The notes under the pieces were generated by a model that was not told the origin of the DNA, did not search any database, and was given only the letters and a program-made list of their open reading frames with translations. Both the position numbers and the translations under genes were made by a program. This document shows positions 24,374-36,195 of a stretch of DNA of 63,150 bases, in pieces. The first letter of the stretch is position 1, and each line of letters opens with the position of its first letter. The stretch is from Thermoanaerobaculia bacterium (GTDB taxonomy: Bacteria; Acidobacteriota; Thermoanaerobaculia; Gp7-AA8): NCBI GenBank assembly GCA_046594105.1, contig JBKJQB010000234.1, forward strand, positions 1 to 63,150, written 5' to 3'.

Positions 24374-25498
24374 ATGGAGCTCACTGTCGCGAAATCCGAT
24401 CTCCAGAAAGAGCTCCAGCTCTGTCAGGGGGTCGTGGAAAAACGTTCGACCATTCCCATCCTTTCGAACGTCCTTCTGAAGGCTGCCGATGGCCGGCTTC
24501 AGATCGCGGCCACCGATCTCGACGTCACCATCCTCAGCTCCTGTCCGGCGAAGATCACCACGCCCGGCGGCGTCACCATCGAGGCAAAACGACTCTTCGA
24601 TGTGGTTCGTTCTCTTCCCGATGACGACGTGCATATCGCCATGCAGGAAAACAACTCGATGCTCATCGAGTCGGGCACCGCGAAATTCCGCTTGCTCGGT
24701 TTGCCGGCCGATGACTACCCGACCCTTCCGACCGTCAACTCCAGCGACGCGTACATCCTGCCCCTGGCGGAATTGAAGACCATGGTGGGCAAGGTCAAGT
24801 TCGCCATCACGCATGAAGAAACCCGCTTTCAGCTCAACGGAGCGCTGCTGAAGATTCAGCCCTCAAAGATGGAGATGGTGGCCACCGACGGGCATCGCAT
24901 GGCGCTCATCAATTTCCCGCAGGGCAACGGAAAATCGAAATCCGCCGAGCTGACCATCCTGATTCCGAGGAAAGCGCTGGAGGAGATCCTGCGGCTGGAG
25001 TCGGGCGAAGACGGAGTGGTGCGCTTTGGCGTGTCCGAGAACCACCTGTTCTTCGAGGCGGGAGAGCGTCGCTTACTGGCGCGCATGATCGACGTGAACT
25101 TCCCGAACTACATGGAAGTCATCGCCCGCGACAATGACCGGCATGTCATGGTTGACCGCGAGCGTCTCCTGGCGACGATCCGGCGTATTTCGCTGGTAGC
25201 GAACGAACGGACGCGCGCCGTTCGTTTCGACTTTGCGCCTGGGAAGCTCACGGTTTCCTCCACGAATCCGGAACTGGGAGATGCTCGGGAAACAGTTCCC
25301 ATCGACTACGCGGGCAACCCCTTCTTCGTGGGATTGAACGCTGCCTACGTCACTGACTTTCTGAGCGCAGTGGATACGCCGAGCGTGGCCCTCGATCTGA
25401 AGGACGAGAACAGCCAGTGCATCGGCCGCCCGTCGAAGAACGACGATGACCTGCCCTACGAGTACCTCTACGTCGTCATGCCGATGCGGCTGGCCTGA
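24374..25498 (+). CDS. dnaN: DNA polymerase III beta sliding clamp
   Basis: TIPILSNVL, ATDL, ATDGHR and C-terminal VMPMRL. Confidence 0.98.
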   Translation: MELTVAKSDLQKELQLCQGVVEKRSTIPILSNVLLKAADGRLQIAATDLDVTILSSCPAKITTPGGVTIEAKRLFDVVRSLPDDDVHIAMQENNSMLIESGTAKFRLLGLPADDYPTLPTVNSSDAYILPLAELKTMVGKVKFAITHEETRFQLNGALLKIQPSKMEMVATDGHRMALINFPQGNGKSKSAELTILIPRKALEEILRLESGEDGVVRFGVSENHLFFEAGERRLLARMIDVNFPNYMEVIARDNDRHVMVDRERLLATIRRISLVANERTRAVRFDFAPGKLTVSSTNPELGDARETVPIDYAGNPFFVGLNAAYVTDFLSAVDTPSVALDLKDENSQCIGRPSKNDDDLPYEYLYVVMPMRLA

Positions 25499-25564
25499 GG
25501 GAGCGCCCTCGGCGGTGCTGATCAGTCCCCGGGCGACTGCCGGATCCAGGTCCACAGTCCCGTC

Positions 25565-26638
25565 ATGATCCTGCGATCTCTCACCGCTCAGGATTTTCGC
25601 AATCTCGATCAGGCGGAGATTCTTTTTCATCCGCAGGCGAACCTGATCGTGGGCCAGAACGGGCAGGGCAAGACCAACCTGCTGGAGGCCATTTACTTTC
25701 TGGCCACCACGAAGTCGTTTCGGACTTCGAGGATCGGCAGCCTGTTCCGCTTCGGCGCCACCAGCGTCTTTGCCTCCGGCACCCTCCATCGTTTCGGCGT
25801 GGAGAAAACGCTTTCGGTCGGACTGGAAGGAGGCGAGTCGCGACGACGTGCGCTTCTGGTGAATGGCCAGCGGGTCTCTCTCTCCACCTATGTCAACACG
25901 ATGAGCGTCTTCGCCTACTCAGCGGCACGGCTGGAGATCCTGCGTGGGACTCCTGACGAGCGGCGCCGATTCCTCGATCGAGGAATCGCCAGCGTGGATC
26001 ATGGATATCTGGATCGGGTGACCCGGTATGCGCGCGTGCTCAAGCAGCGCAACGCGTTGCTGCAGAGCGGCCACGCCAGCCGATCCGCGCTCGACGCCTG
26101 GGATGAGGAGTTCGTGCAGGCGGCGACGGCGCTGCAGGAGGCCCGCGCGGCCTACACGGTCGCTCTCTTTGACTCGTTCCGGGCCATCGTCCAGGAGCAT
26201 CACTATCGGGTGCCCAACGTACGGATGGACTATCGCCCATCGTCCGTTGTCGAGTTGCGCACCTTGCGACCGCAGGAGCTGCGCGCGCGGGTCTCTCTGG
26301 CTGGTCCTCAGCGGGATTTGCTGGAGTTCACGGTCGACGGCCGGCCCGTTTCGGAGGTGCTTTCCGGCGGTGAGCAGAAGATGATCGTGCTGTTTCTTAA
26401 ATTCGCCAAGCTCGCCCTGTTTCGACGTCGTTACGATGAGCCAGCGTTGTTTCTGCTCGACGACATCGACGCCGAATTGGACCTGGAGATTCTGGAGACT
26501 CTACTCTCTCGTCTACCGCTGGCCACGCAGGTTTTTGCGACCTCGGCGAAGGATCGATTTCTGCGCACGCTGGAAGCAGGACCTCACCGACGCTTAATGG
26601 TTGAAAATGGGCGGGTTACGTTGGCCGGCAATTCGTAA
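25565..26638 (+). CDS. recF: DNA replication/repair protein RecF
   Basis: GQNGQGKTNLLEAI, RRRFLD, GPQRD, SGGEQK and LLDDIDAELD. Confidence 0.95.
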   Translation: MILRSLTAQDFRNLDQAEILFHPQANLIVGQNGQGKTNLLEAIYFLATTKSFRTSRIGSLFRFGATSVFASGTLHRFGVEKTLSVGLEGGESRRRALLVNGQRVSLSTYVNTMSVFAYSAARLEILRGTPDERRRFLDRGIASVDHGYLDRVTRYARVLKQRNALLQSGHASRSALDAWDEEFVQAATALQEARAAYTVALFDSFRAIVQEHHYRVPNVRMDYRPSSVVELRTLRPQELRARVSLAGPQRDLLEFTVDGRPVSEVLSGGEQKMIVLFLKFAKLALFRRRYDEPALFLLDDIDAELDLEILETLLSRLPLATQVFATSAKDRFLRTLEAGPHRRLMVENGRVTLAGNS

Positions 26639-29170
<2,532 letters not shown>

Positions 29171-29262
29171 CGCGCCGCGGCGCACCGGCAGAGTGAACGC
29201 GCGAGAGCTCGGCAACCAGCGATGGTGCCCTGCGACCTCTGCGATGACTACCCAAAAAAACC

Positions 29263-31956
29263 ATGTCTGAATTTGATTACACAGGCCATCAGGAGCCCCG
29301 GAACCCCGTCAACATCGAAGACGAGATGCGCAAGTCGTATCTCGACTATGCGATGTCCGTCATCATCGGTCGCGCCCTCCCGGACGTGCGCGACGGATTG
29401 AAGCCCGTCCATCGCCGGATTCTCTACGGCATGTACGAGCAGGGAAACACCGCCGGCCGCGCCTACAAAAAATCGGCACGCATCGTCGGCGATGTCATGG
29501 GCAAATATCACCCTCACGGGGACAGCGCGATCTACGACTCGGTAGTGCGCATGGCCCAGGATTTTTCGATGCGCTACCAGCTCGTCGACGGCCAGGGGAA
29601 CTTCGGGTCGCTCGATGGCGACAATCCAGCGGCGATGCGTTACACCGAAGTGCGGCTGACGCGCCTGGCCGAAGAGCTCCTGCGCGACGACATCGACAAG
29701 GAAACGGTCGACTTCATCCCCAATTACGACGGGACCGAGCGCGAGCCCTCTGTCCTGCCTGCGAAATATCCGAATCTGCTGGTCAACGGCTCCTCCGGCA
29801 TCGCCGTCGGCATGGCCACCAACATTCCGCCCCACAACCTCGGCGAGGTTATCGACGCCTGTCTGATGATGATCGACAACCCGGCCATCACCACCCGCGA
29901 GCTGATGACTGTCATGCCTGGTCCCGACTTCCCGACGGCCGGCTTCATTCATGGCATCGACGGGATCCGCCAGGCCTACGAAACCGGCCGCGGAATCATT
30001 CAGGTCCGCGCCCGGGCCATCTTCGAGGAATCGAAGCGGCAGGACAAACAGCAGATCGTCGTGACGGAGATCCCGTACATGACGAACAAAGCGCGGCTCA
30101 TCGAGAAGATCGCCGAACTGGTTCGGGACAAGAGGATCGAGGGCATTTCCGATTTGCGCGACGAGTCCGACCGGGACGGCATTCGCGTGGTCATCGAACT
30201 GAAGCGCAACGAAGTGCCGGAAGTTGTTCTGAACAATCTGTACCGCTACACGCAGATGCAGACGACCTTCGGGATCATCTTCCTGGCCATCGTCAACAAC
30301 AAGCCGGAGGTCATGAACCTCCCGACGCTGCTGCGGCACTTCATTGAGCACCGCAAAGAGATCGTGGTGCGACGGACCCGTTTCGACCTGCGCAAAGCGG
30401 AAGACCGCGCCCACATCCTGGAAGGACTGGTCAAGGCGCTCGACGTCCTGGACGAGTTGATTTCGCTGATCCGGGCGAGCGGGACTCCAGGAGAAGCCAA
30501 GAGCGGATTGATCGAGCGCTGGCAGTTCAGCGAGCTGCAGGCCCAGGCCATTCTGGACATGCGTCTGCAGCGTCTGACCGGTCTGGAGCGCGACAAGATC
30601 ACCGCAGAGTACGAAGAAGTGCGCGCGTTCATTCAGCGGCTTCGCGAGATCCTGGCCTCGGAGCAACTGGTCCTGAATATCGTTTCCGGCGAGTTGCGTG
30701 AGATCAAAGAAAACTACGGCGACCCCCGGCGCACCGAGATCGTGCTGCACTCCAGCGACATCTCCATCGAGGACATGATCGCCGACGAGGACATGGTCAT
30801 CACCGTATCGCGCGGCGGATACGTCAAGCGCTCCCCCCTGTCGATGTACCGCTCCCAGAGGCGCGGCGGCAAGGGCCGGATCGGGATGCAGACAAAAGAA
30901 GAAGACATCGTCGAGCATCTGTTCGTGGCCTCCGCTCACTCGTACGTGCTCGTATTCACCGATCGGGGACGGCTGTACTGGCTCAAGGTTCATCAGATTC
31001 CTGAAGTTGCGGCAAATGCACGCGGGAAAGCCATCGTCAATCTGCTGTCGGTGGAGCCCGGCGAAAGCGTTCGCGCCCTGCTCACGGTCAAGGATTTCCA
31101 TGACGCGAAGTACGTGGTCATGGCCACACGGGCGGGCCGGGTCAAGAAAACCGAGCTCACTGCGTTCTCCAATGTCCGGCAGACCGGAATCATCGCCATC
31201 GACATCAATGAAGGTGACGATCTCTATGCGGTCAGGCTGTCTGATGGAAACAGTGAGATCTTCATCGGTACGCACGAAGGCCGGGCCATCCGCTTCGACG
31301 AGGCGGAAGTGCGCCCCATGGGCAGAGGCGCGTCCGGAGTGAAAGGCATCTCGTTGCGAGGCGACGACTATCTGGTGGAAATGGACGTCCTGCGAAAAGG
31401 CGCCGACTCGGTGCCAGTGGATCCGGACTCCGTTCCCGACGACGATTCGCTCGCCGCGGCGGAGCCTGTGGTGGACGAGGCCGATGGATCCGAGGACGAA
31501 CTGGTTGCCAGCGATGATCGCGGTTACATCCTGACGGTGACCGAACGCGGCTTCGGCAAGCGCACTCCCGTCAGCGCCTATCCCGTCCGTCACCGCGGCG
31601 GAATGGGTGTCATGAACTGCCGGATTACCGACAAGAACGGCAAGATCGCCGGCATCTCTCACGTTCTGGAAGACGATCAGCTCCTGCTGATCACCGAACA
31701 GGGAATGCTCATCCGAGTCCCCGTCTCTGGAATCCGCGCCATGAGCCGGAACACCCAGGGCGTTCGCGTGATCAATGTGGAAGACGCAGATCTGGTGGTC
31801 GGCGCGGTCAAGGTAGTGAAAGAAGAGGAAGTGGAAGAGTCGAGTCTGGACCCCGATTCTGCTGAGGATCCGGGAGCTGTGGACGACACTGGGACTGAGC
31901 TGGGCGACGAGAGCCGGGAGCCAGCGGTGGACACGGACGACGACTTGATCCACTGA
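29263..31956 (+). CDS. gyrA: DNA gyrase subunit A
   Basis: HPHGDS, AAMRYTE and the GyrA-box QRRGGKG. Confidence 0.99.
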   Translation: MSEFDYTGHQEPRNPVNIEDEMRKSYLDYAMSVIIGRALPDVRDGLKPVHRRILYGMYEQGNTAGRAYKKSARIVGDVMGKYHPHGDSAIYDSVVRMAQDFSMRYQLVDGQGNFGSLDGDNPAAMRYTEVRLTRLAEELLRDDIDKETVDFIPNYDGTEREPSVLPAKYPNLLVNGSSGIAVGMATNIPPHNLGEVIDACLMMIDNPAITTRELMTVMPGPDFPTAGFIHGIDGIRQAYETGRGIIQVRARAIFEESKRQDKQQIVVTEIPYMTNKARLIEKIAELVRDKRIEGISDLRDESDRDGIRVVIELKRNEVPEVVLNNLYRYTQMQTTFGIIFLAIVNNKPEVMNLPTLLRHFIEHRKEIVVRRTRFDLRKAEDRAHILEGLVKALDVLDELISLIRASGTPGEAKSGLIERWQFSELQAQAILDMRLQRLTGLERDKITAEYEEVRAFIQRLREILASEQLVLNIVSGELREIKENYGDPRRTEIVLHSSDISIEDMIADEDMVITVSRGGYVKRSPLSMYRSQRRGGKGRIGMQTKEEDIVEHLFVASAHSYVLVFTDRGRLYWLKVHQIPEVAANARGKAIVNLLSVEPGESVRALLTVKDFHDAKYVVMATRAGRVKKTELTAFSNVRQTGIIAIDINEGDDLYAVRLSDGNSEIFIGTHEGRAIRFDEAEVRPMGRGASGVKGISLRGDDYLVEMDVLRKGADSVPVDPDSVPDDDSLAAAEPVVDEADGSEDELVASDDRGYILTVTERGFGKRTPVSAYPVRHRGGMGVMNCRITDKNGKIAGISHVLEDDQLLLITEQGMLIRVPVSGIRAMSRNTQGVRVINVEDADLVVGAVKVVKEEEVEESSLDPDSAEDPGAVDDTGTELGDESREPAVDTDDDLIH

Positions 31957-31968
31957 TCTCCGAATTGA

Positions 31969-31994
31969 CGTGGGGCGCGGCCGTCCCCGGCCGC
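31969..31994. repeat. REP-like palindrome (single copy)
   Basis: CGTGGGGCGCGGCCGTCCCCGGCCGC, nearly identical to 55415-55439 and to the reverse complement of 55571-55596. Confidence 0.7.
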
Positions 31995-32127
31995 CCCGTG
32001 AGATCGCTCGTATTCGGCTGCGTTCTCAACCGCGAAAACCTGCAGAATGCGGGCGGTACCTTCCCCCCGCTTCCCGCTTCGATGTTTCTTCACCAAAACC
32101 CGCGGCCGGGCATCGTACAATTCGGGC

Positions 32128-32412
32128 ATGCACAAAATCTCGCGCGAGCGGGTCAACCAGCTCGCGCGCGACCTCCTCGAAGCGATGACGCGCACCAAAG
32201 CGGTCAGCCTGCTCAAGGACCGGGAGATGGTGCGCCAATCCATCGCGCACGCCCTCGCCGATGAGCTGAAGCGCGAAGAAGAGCGCGAGGAAAATGTGCT
32301 GCGCCGGATCGCCACGATCAAGCACGGCCCCACCGTCGGCTCGCGAGACTACGAACAGCTCTTCCGCAAGTACATGGAGGAGGAGTATGTCCGCGAAGGT
32401 CTCGACACATAG
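32128..32412 (+). CDS. DUF507-like small helical protein
   Basis: KISRERVNQLA...EE...GSRDYEQLFRKY pattern recalled for DUF507. TACAAT lies 6 nt before the ATG. Confidence 0.7.
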   Translation: MHKISRERVNQLARDLLEAMTRTKAVSLLKDREMVRQSIAHALADELKREEEREENVLRRIATIKHGPTVGSRDYEQLFRKYMEEEYVREGLDT

Positions 32413-32453
32413 GGTTACGGGAAGGGGCCGGGAACGGCGCCGCGGCCCGAACT

Positions 32454-32777
32454 CTACACGCCGGTGATCTGACCGCCGGATCCGGACTCGTCCTCGTGGG
32501 CGGTCAAGCCGTTCCGCAGCGAGGCGGTGTCGTCATCGTCGTGCATGCTCTGGCGCCAGCGCTGCGCTTTCATGCGCTCGAAGATGCCGCCAGCCTGTCC
32601 CGCAGGAATCCAGCTGTTCCCGCCGCACTTGGGGCAGCGACCTCGGAAGGCAATGTTCTTCCCGCAATCAGGACAGATGATCACCAGCGAGTGGGAGAGC
32701 TCGAACTTCTGCTCCCCTTCCGCGTCCAGATTGTTGAGGAACGCTGCGAGATTTCCAAAAGTCTCTTCGAAGGACAT
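32454..32777 (-). CDS. Hypothetical zinc-ribbon protein
   Basis: 107 aa with CPDC-x9-CPKC; fills the intergenic gap. Confidence 0.65.
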   Translation of the reverse strand: MSFEETFGNLAAFLNNLDAEGEQKFELSHSLVIICPDCGKNIAFRGRCPKCGGNSWIPAGQAGGIFERMKAQRWRQSMHDDDDTASLRNGLTAHEDESGSGGQITGV

Positions 32778-32904
32778 GATGACCCGGCGGGCAGAAGTGC
32801 ACAGCGTATGCCGCTTCTGCCTCAGCTGGGCCCGTCCGGAAGGGCCACGACGCGAGAGCGGCGGGAGCGCCTTCGCTCCCTCGCCCACCACCCACGCCGC
32901 TTCG

Positions 32905-33011
32905 AATGACACGCTGGCGTGTCGTCCGCAATCAAGGCAGCCGAGTGTATGCCGATGAGGCGAAAAATCGTGGCGGACGCTTTTCGAACCACGCAGCCGG
33001 CCGTGCCGGCC
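32905..33011. repeat. Dispersed ~107 bp structured repeat, type B, copy 1
   Basis: Aligns with 50850-50957 (shared CCGCAATC, CCGAGTG, AAAAATCGTGGCGGACGCTTT, GCCGTGCCGGCC). Confidence 0.8.
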
Positions 33012-33015
33012 CGGC

Positions 33016-34518
33016 TCAGAACTGCATCACATCAAATTGCTCGTGATGCAGCGAGTCGTCGGGCTTGAACACGAGATGGATCACCAGGTTCCGCTCGATC
33101 TCTTCAAAGATCGGATCGCTGGCAGCGTGCAGTGTTCCGTACACGATGGGATTTACGCGGACGATGACGTCCTGGCCCTCGTGCAGATCCTTCAGCTTCA
33201 TCAGCTCGCGCCAGATCTCCAGGGCAATGGTCGCGTTGGACTTGATGCGTCCGGTGCCGCCGCAGTAGGGACAGGCCTGGGTTAGCGAACGCTCCAGGCT
33301 CTGGCGCACGCGCTTGCGGGTCATCTCGATCAGGCCGAATTCGGAGATCTGAAGAATCTTGGTCTTGGAGCGATCCTTCTTGATCTCGATCTCCAAAGCC
33401 TCGAAGAGCTTCGCGCGATTGCCGATGTCCTCCATGTCGATGAAATCCAGGACGATGATGCCGCCGAGGTCGCGAAGCCGGATCTGCCGGACGATCTCTT
33501 TCGCCGCCTCCAGGTTCGTCTTGAAGACGGTCTCCTCGAGATTCTTCTTGCCGACGTACTTCCCTGTGTTCACGTCGATGGCCACCAGAGCTTCGGTCTG
33601 GTTGATGACGATGTACCCGCCCGATTTGAGCCACACCTTCGACTTCAGAGCCTTGGCGATCTCCGCGTCGATCCCGAACTCCTCGAAAATGGCCTCGTCG
33701 CGGCGATAGAGGCGGACGCGCGAAACGAGGTTGGGCTGAATCTGGTTCAGAAACTCGACGACCCTCTGGTACTGCTCGACCTCATCCACCCAGACGCTTT
33801 TGAACTCAGGGGAGAGCACGTCGCGGATGGTGCGCAGGATCAGGTCGAGATCATGATGGATCGCGGTCGGTGCCGACACCTTCTCCCCGCGCCGTCGGAT
33901 GTGTTCCCACAGCTCGGTGAGGTACTTCAGGTCGGCGCGAAACTCTTCCTCATCCCGCTCCTCACCCGCAGTACGAACGATGAAGCCGCCGGCGCCGGGC
34001 GGCTTGATGCGCTCGAGCATGTCCTTTAGCCGGATCCGCTCCGCTTCGTTCTCGATTCTGCGGGAGACGCCGACGTGATTGACCGTCGGCATGTAAACGA
34101 GAAAGCGACCGGGAAGGGTGATGTGGCTTGTGATGCGCGCGCCCTTGCCGGCAATGGTGTCCTTGGCCACCTGCACCACGATCTCCTGGCCCTCGCGCAA
34201 GAGATCGGAAATCGAAGCCTCGGGGCGCGCCGGCGCGACGTCCTCGATGTTGAGATCGTCGGGGGCTTCGCTCTCGTACTCCTCGAGATCCTCCACCACA
34301 TCAGAAACATAGAGAAAGGCGTCGCGCTCCAGGCCCAGATCGACGAAGGCCGACTGCATCCCCGGCAGGACCTTGGTGACCCGCCCTTTGTAGATGTTCC
34401 CTACGATGGTGCGCTGCCGGGTCCGTTCGACCCAGAGCTCCACGACCTGCCCCTCATCAAGGACGGCGATCCTGGACTCGTGACGGGTCGCATTGATCAC
34501 AATCTCGCGCGACGACAT
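33016..34518 (-). CDS. rng: Ribonuclease G (Rne/Rng family)
   Basis: GNIYKGRV, PGMQSAFVD, IDVNTG, LRDLGGIIVLDFIDM and CPYC; no RNase E C-terminal scaffold. Confidence 0.93.
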   Translation of the reverse strand: MSSREIVINATRHESRIAVLDEGQVVELWVERTRQRTIVGNIYKGRVTKVLPGMQSAFVDLGLERDAFLYVSDVVEDLEEYESEAPDDLNIEDVAPARPEASISDLLREGQEIVVQVAKDTIAGKGARITSHITLPGRFLVYMPTVNHVGVSRRIENEAERIRLKDMLERIKPPGAGGFIVRTAGEERDEEEFRADLKYLTELWEHIRRRGEKVSAPTAIHHDLDLILRTIRDVLSPEFKSVWVDEVEQYQRVVEFLNQIQPNLVSRVRLYRRDEAIFEEFGIDAEIAKALKSKVWLKSGGYIVINQTEALVAIDVNTGKYVGKKNLEETVFKTNLEAAKEIVRQIRLRDLGGIIVLDFIDMEDIGNRAKLFEALEIEIKKDRSKTKILQISEFGLIEMTRKRVRQSLERSLTQACPYCGGTGRIKSNATIALEIWRELMKLKDLHEGQDVIVRVNPIVYGTLHAASDPIFEEIERNLVIHLVFKPDDSLHHEQFDVMQF

Positions 34519-34526
34519 GAGGCGTG

Positions 34527-34536
34527 ATTGTAGACT
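34527..34536. promoter_or_regulatory. Overlapping divergent -10 elements
   Basis: ATTGTAGACT reads TAGACT on the + strand and TACAAT on the - strand, 7 and 8 nt from the two start codons. Confidence 0.65.
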
Positions 34537-34543
34537 GCGCCTC

Positions 34544-34987
34544 GTGCCTCTCACCATCTACTTCGCCGGCTCCATCAGTGGCGGCCGCGATGACGCCGGC
34601 CACTACCGGACTCTGGTGACGGCGTTGGAAACCGACGGCCATCGGGTCCTGGCGGGAGCGGTCGCTTCGGAATCGGTTGGAGCGGGCGGAGAGGCACTGG
34701 ATGCGGAGGCCATCTTTCAGCGCGATCTTCGCTGGATTGCCGAGGCAGACCTGCTGGTGGCGGAGGTCTCGGTGCCTTCGACAGGAGTGGGATACGAGAT
34801 CGCCACGGCACGCTACCGGTATGGAATCCCGGTGATCTGCCTCTACCGTCCCGCGTACACGAAGCGTTGCACGGCCATGATCGCTGGCGACCGGGAGATC
34901 ACGCTGGTGGCCTACGACCGGGTGGAAGAAGCAGCCCCCGCGCTCCTCCACGCCGTCGCGAAATACATCCCGCCCGGACCCCGTTAA
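34544..34987 (+). CDS. Nucleoside 2-deoxyribosyltransferase family (DNPH1/RCL-like N-glycosidase)
   Basis: IYFAGSISGGR, IFQRDLRWIAEAD and PSTGVGYE motifs. Confidence 0.85.
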   Translation: MPLTIYFAGSISGGRDDAGHYRTLVTALETDGHRVLAGAVASESVGAGGEALDAEAIFQRDLRWIAEADLLVAEVSVPSTGVGYEIATARYRYGIPVICLYRPAYTKRCTAMIAGDREITLVAYDRVEEAAPALLHAVAKYIPPGPR

Positions 34988-35051
34988 GCGCGTTGCCAGG
35001 TTTGACGCCGCCCCCCGCCTTTGCTATTTTGCGGCGCCTTTCGCCAAGTGT

Positions 35052-35127
35052 TCCGGCATAGCTCAGTTGGTAGAGCAACGGACTGTTAATCCGTGGGTCG
35101 TAAGTTCGAGTCTTACTGCCGGAGCCA
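35052..35127 (+). tRNA. tRNA-Asn (GTT)
   Basis: 76-nt cloverleaf: TCCGGCA/TGCCGGA acceptor stem, CTGTTAA anticodon loop, TTCGAGT T-loop, encoded CCA. Upstream TTGACG-17-TATTTT promoter. Confidence 0.97.
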
Positions 35128-35221
35128 TTTGCGCGATCGCCTTCCCTGAAGATCGTGGCCGTCAGTAGGCCTCCGTGATCGAAAACATAAGATCGCGCTT
35201 GCGCCTTGGAGGCGAAAACGA

Positions 35222-35779
35222 GTGGAGATCCCGATTCTCACCGTGGCCGGACTCTGGAACTCAGGGCCACAACACTGGCAGACGCAGTGGGAGTCGAAGA
35301 ATCCGCATTGGCGGAGAGTGGCGCAACGCGACTGGGATCATCCCGACCGCGATGAGTGGGTGGCCACACTGGACGCGGCTGTTCGTCACTGCCCTTCGGC
35401 GCCGCTCCTCGCGGCTCACAGTCTCGGTTGTGCCCTGGTCGCGCAATGGGTGGCGGACCGAGGAGGGCACGGCGTGCGCGGGGCTTTTCTGGTGGCGCCG
35501 AGCGACGTTGAGGCACCTGACTATCCGGTCGAAGGACGCAGCTTCTCGTCGATGGCGCTTTGTCCGTTGCCCTTCCCAAGCGTAGTGATCGCCAGTTCCG
35601 ACGATCCCTATGTGTCCGTGGCGAGGGCGAAGCAGTTCGCTGAGGCGTGGGGCAGCCGGCTCGTCGACATCGGCCCGCAGGGCCACATCAACGGTGCTTC
35701 GGGGCACGGGGTTTGGCCGGAGGGGGAGGCCATGCTCGACCAATTTCTCCAGACGCTGACCCGAGGGCAGAGTTGCTGA
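35222..35779 (+). CDS. RBBP9/YdeN family alpha/beta hydrolase
   Basis: NSGPQHWQ, AHSLG, SSDDPY and GHIN motifs; GGAGG ribosome-binding site. Confidence 0.9.
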   Translation: MEIPILTVAGLWNSGPQHWQTQWESKNPHWRRVAQRDWDHPDRDEWVATLDAAVRHCPSAPLLAAHSLGCALVAQWVADRGGHGVRGAFLVAPSDVEAPDYPVEGRSFSSMALCPLPFPSVVIASSDDPYVSVARAKQFAEAWGSRLVDIGPQGHINGASGHGVWPEGEAMLDQFLQTLTRGQSC

Positions 35780-35798
35780 ACGAATCTTCCGCGCGACC

Positions 35799-36116
35799 TC
35801 AGTTGGAACCGAGAGCGGAGCCTGAGATCAGAGGATCGTGGACATGGTCGAGCATCGCCAGAACCTCTTCGATGCGATCCGATTCCTTCGCATTCCCGGT
35901 CAGCTGAGTTCGTCGGCTCAGCTCCCTGGCGATCCACTCCTGATCATGTGGTCTCGCGCGATAGTGACTGACCAGAGCGATCTCGAACGCATGAAAGTCG
36001 GTATCGCTGTAATCCGCGATTCGTGTGAGCGTGGCCCGCAACGCCATCGCAGGCCAGAACCCGTCGCTTTTTGAGAGACTCACAAGCACGGATTTCGCAG
36101 GAAACGTGCCATTCAA
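35799..36116 (-). CDS. Hypothetical protein
   Basis: ORF fills the gap without overlap; no recognisable motif; start uncertain. Confidence 0.35.
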   Translation of the reverse strand: MNGTFPAKSVLVSLSKSDGFWPAMALRATLTRIADYSDTDFHAFEIALVSHYRARPHDQEWIARELSRRTQLTGNAKESDRIEEVLAMLDHVHDPLISGSALGSN

Positions 36117-36195
36117 TGCGGCCTTGTCGCATAAGGGCGCTTTCTATTTTCGGGGACGGGCGACGCCATTCCTGGACAGGCGGATCGTTGCCGAC

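Noticed and set aside
29248-31953. Long antisense ORFs (901 aa here; also 8182-10659, 4314-6134, 6612-8237, 60283-62220)
   Set aside because: They mirror conserved genes on the opposite strand, lack motifs, and are expected from high-GC codon bias.
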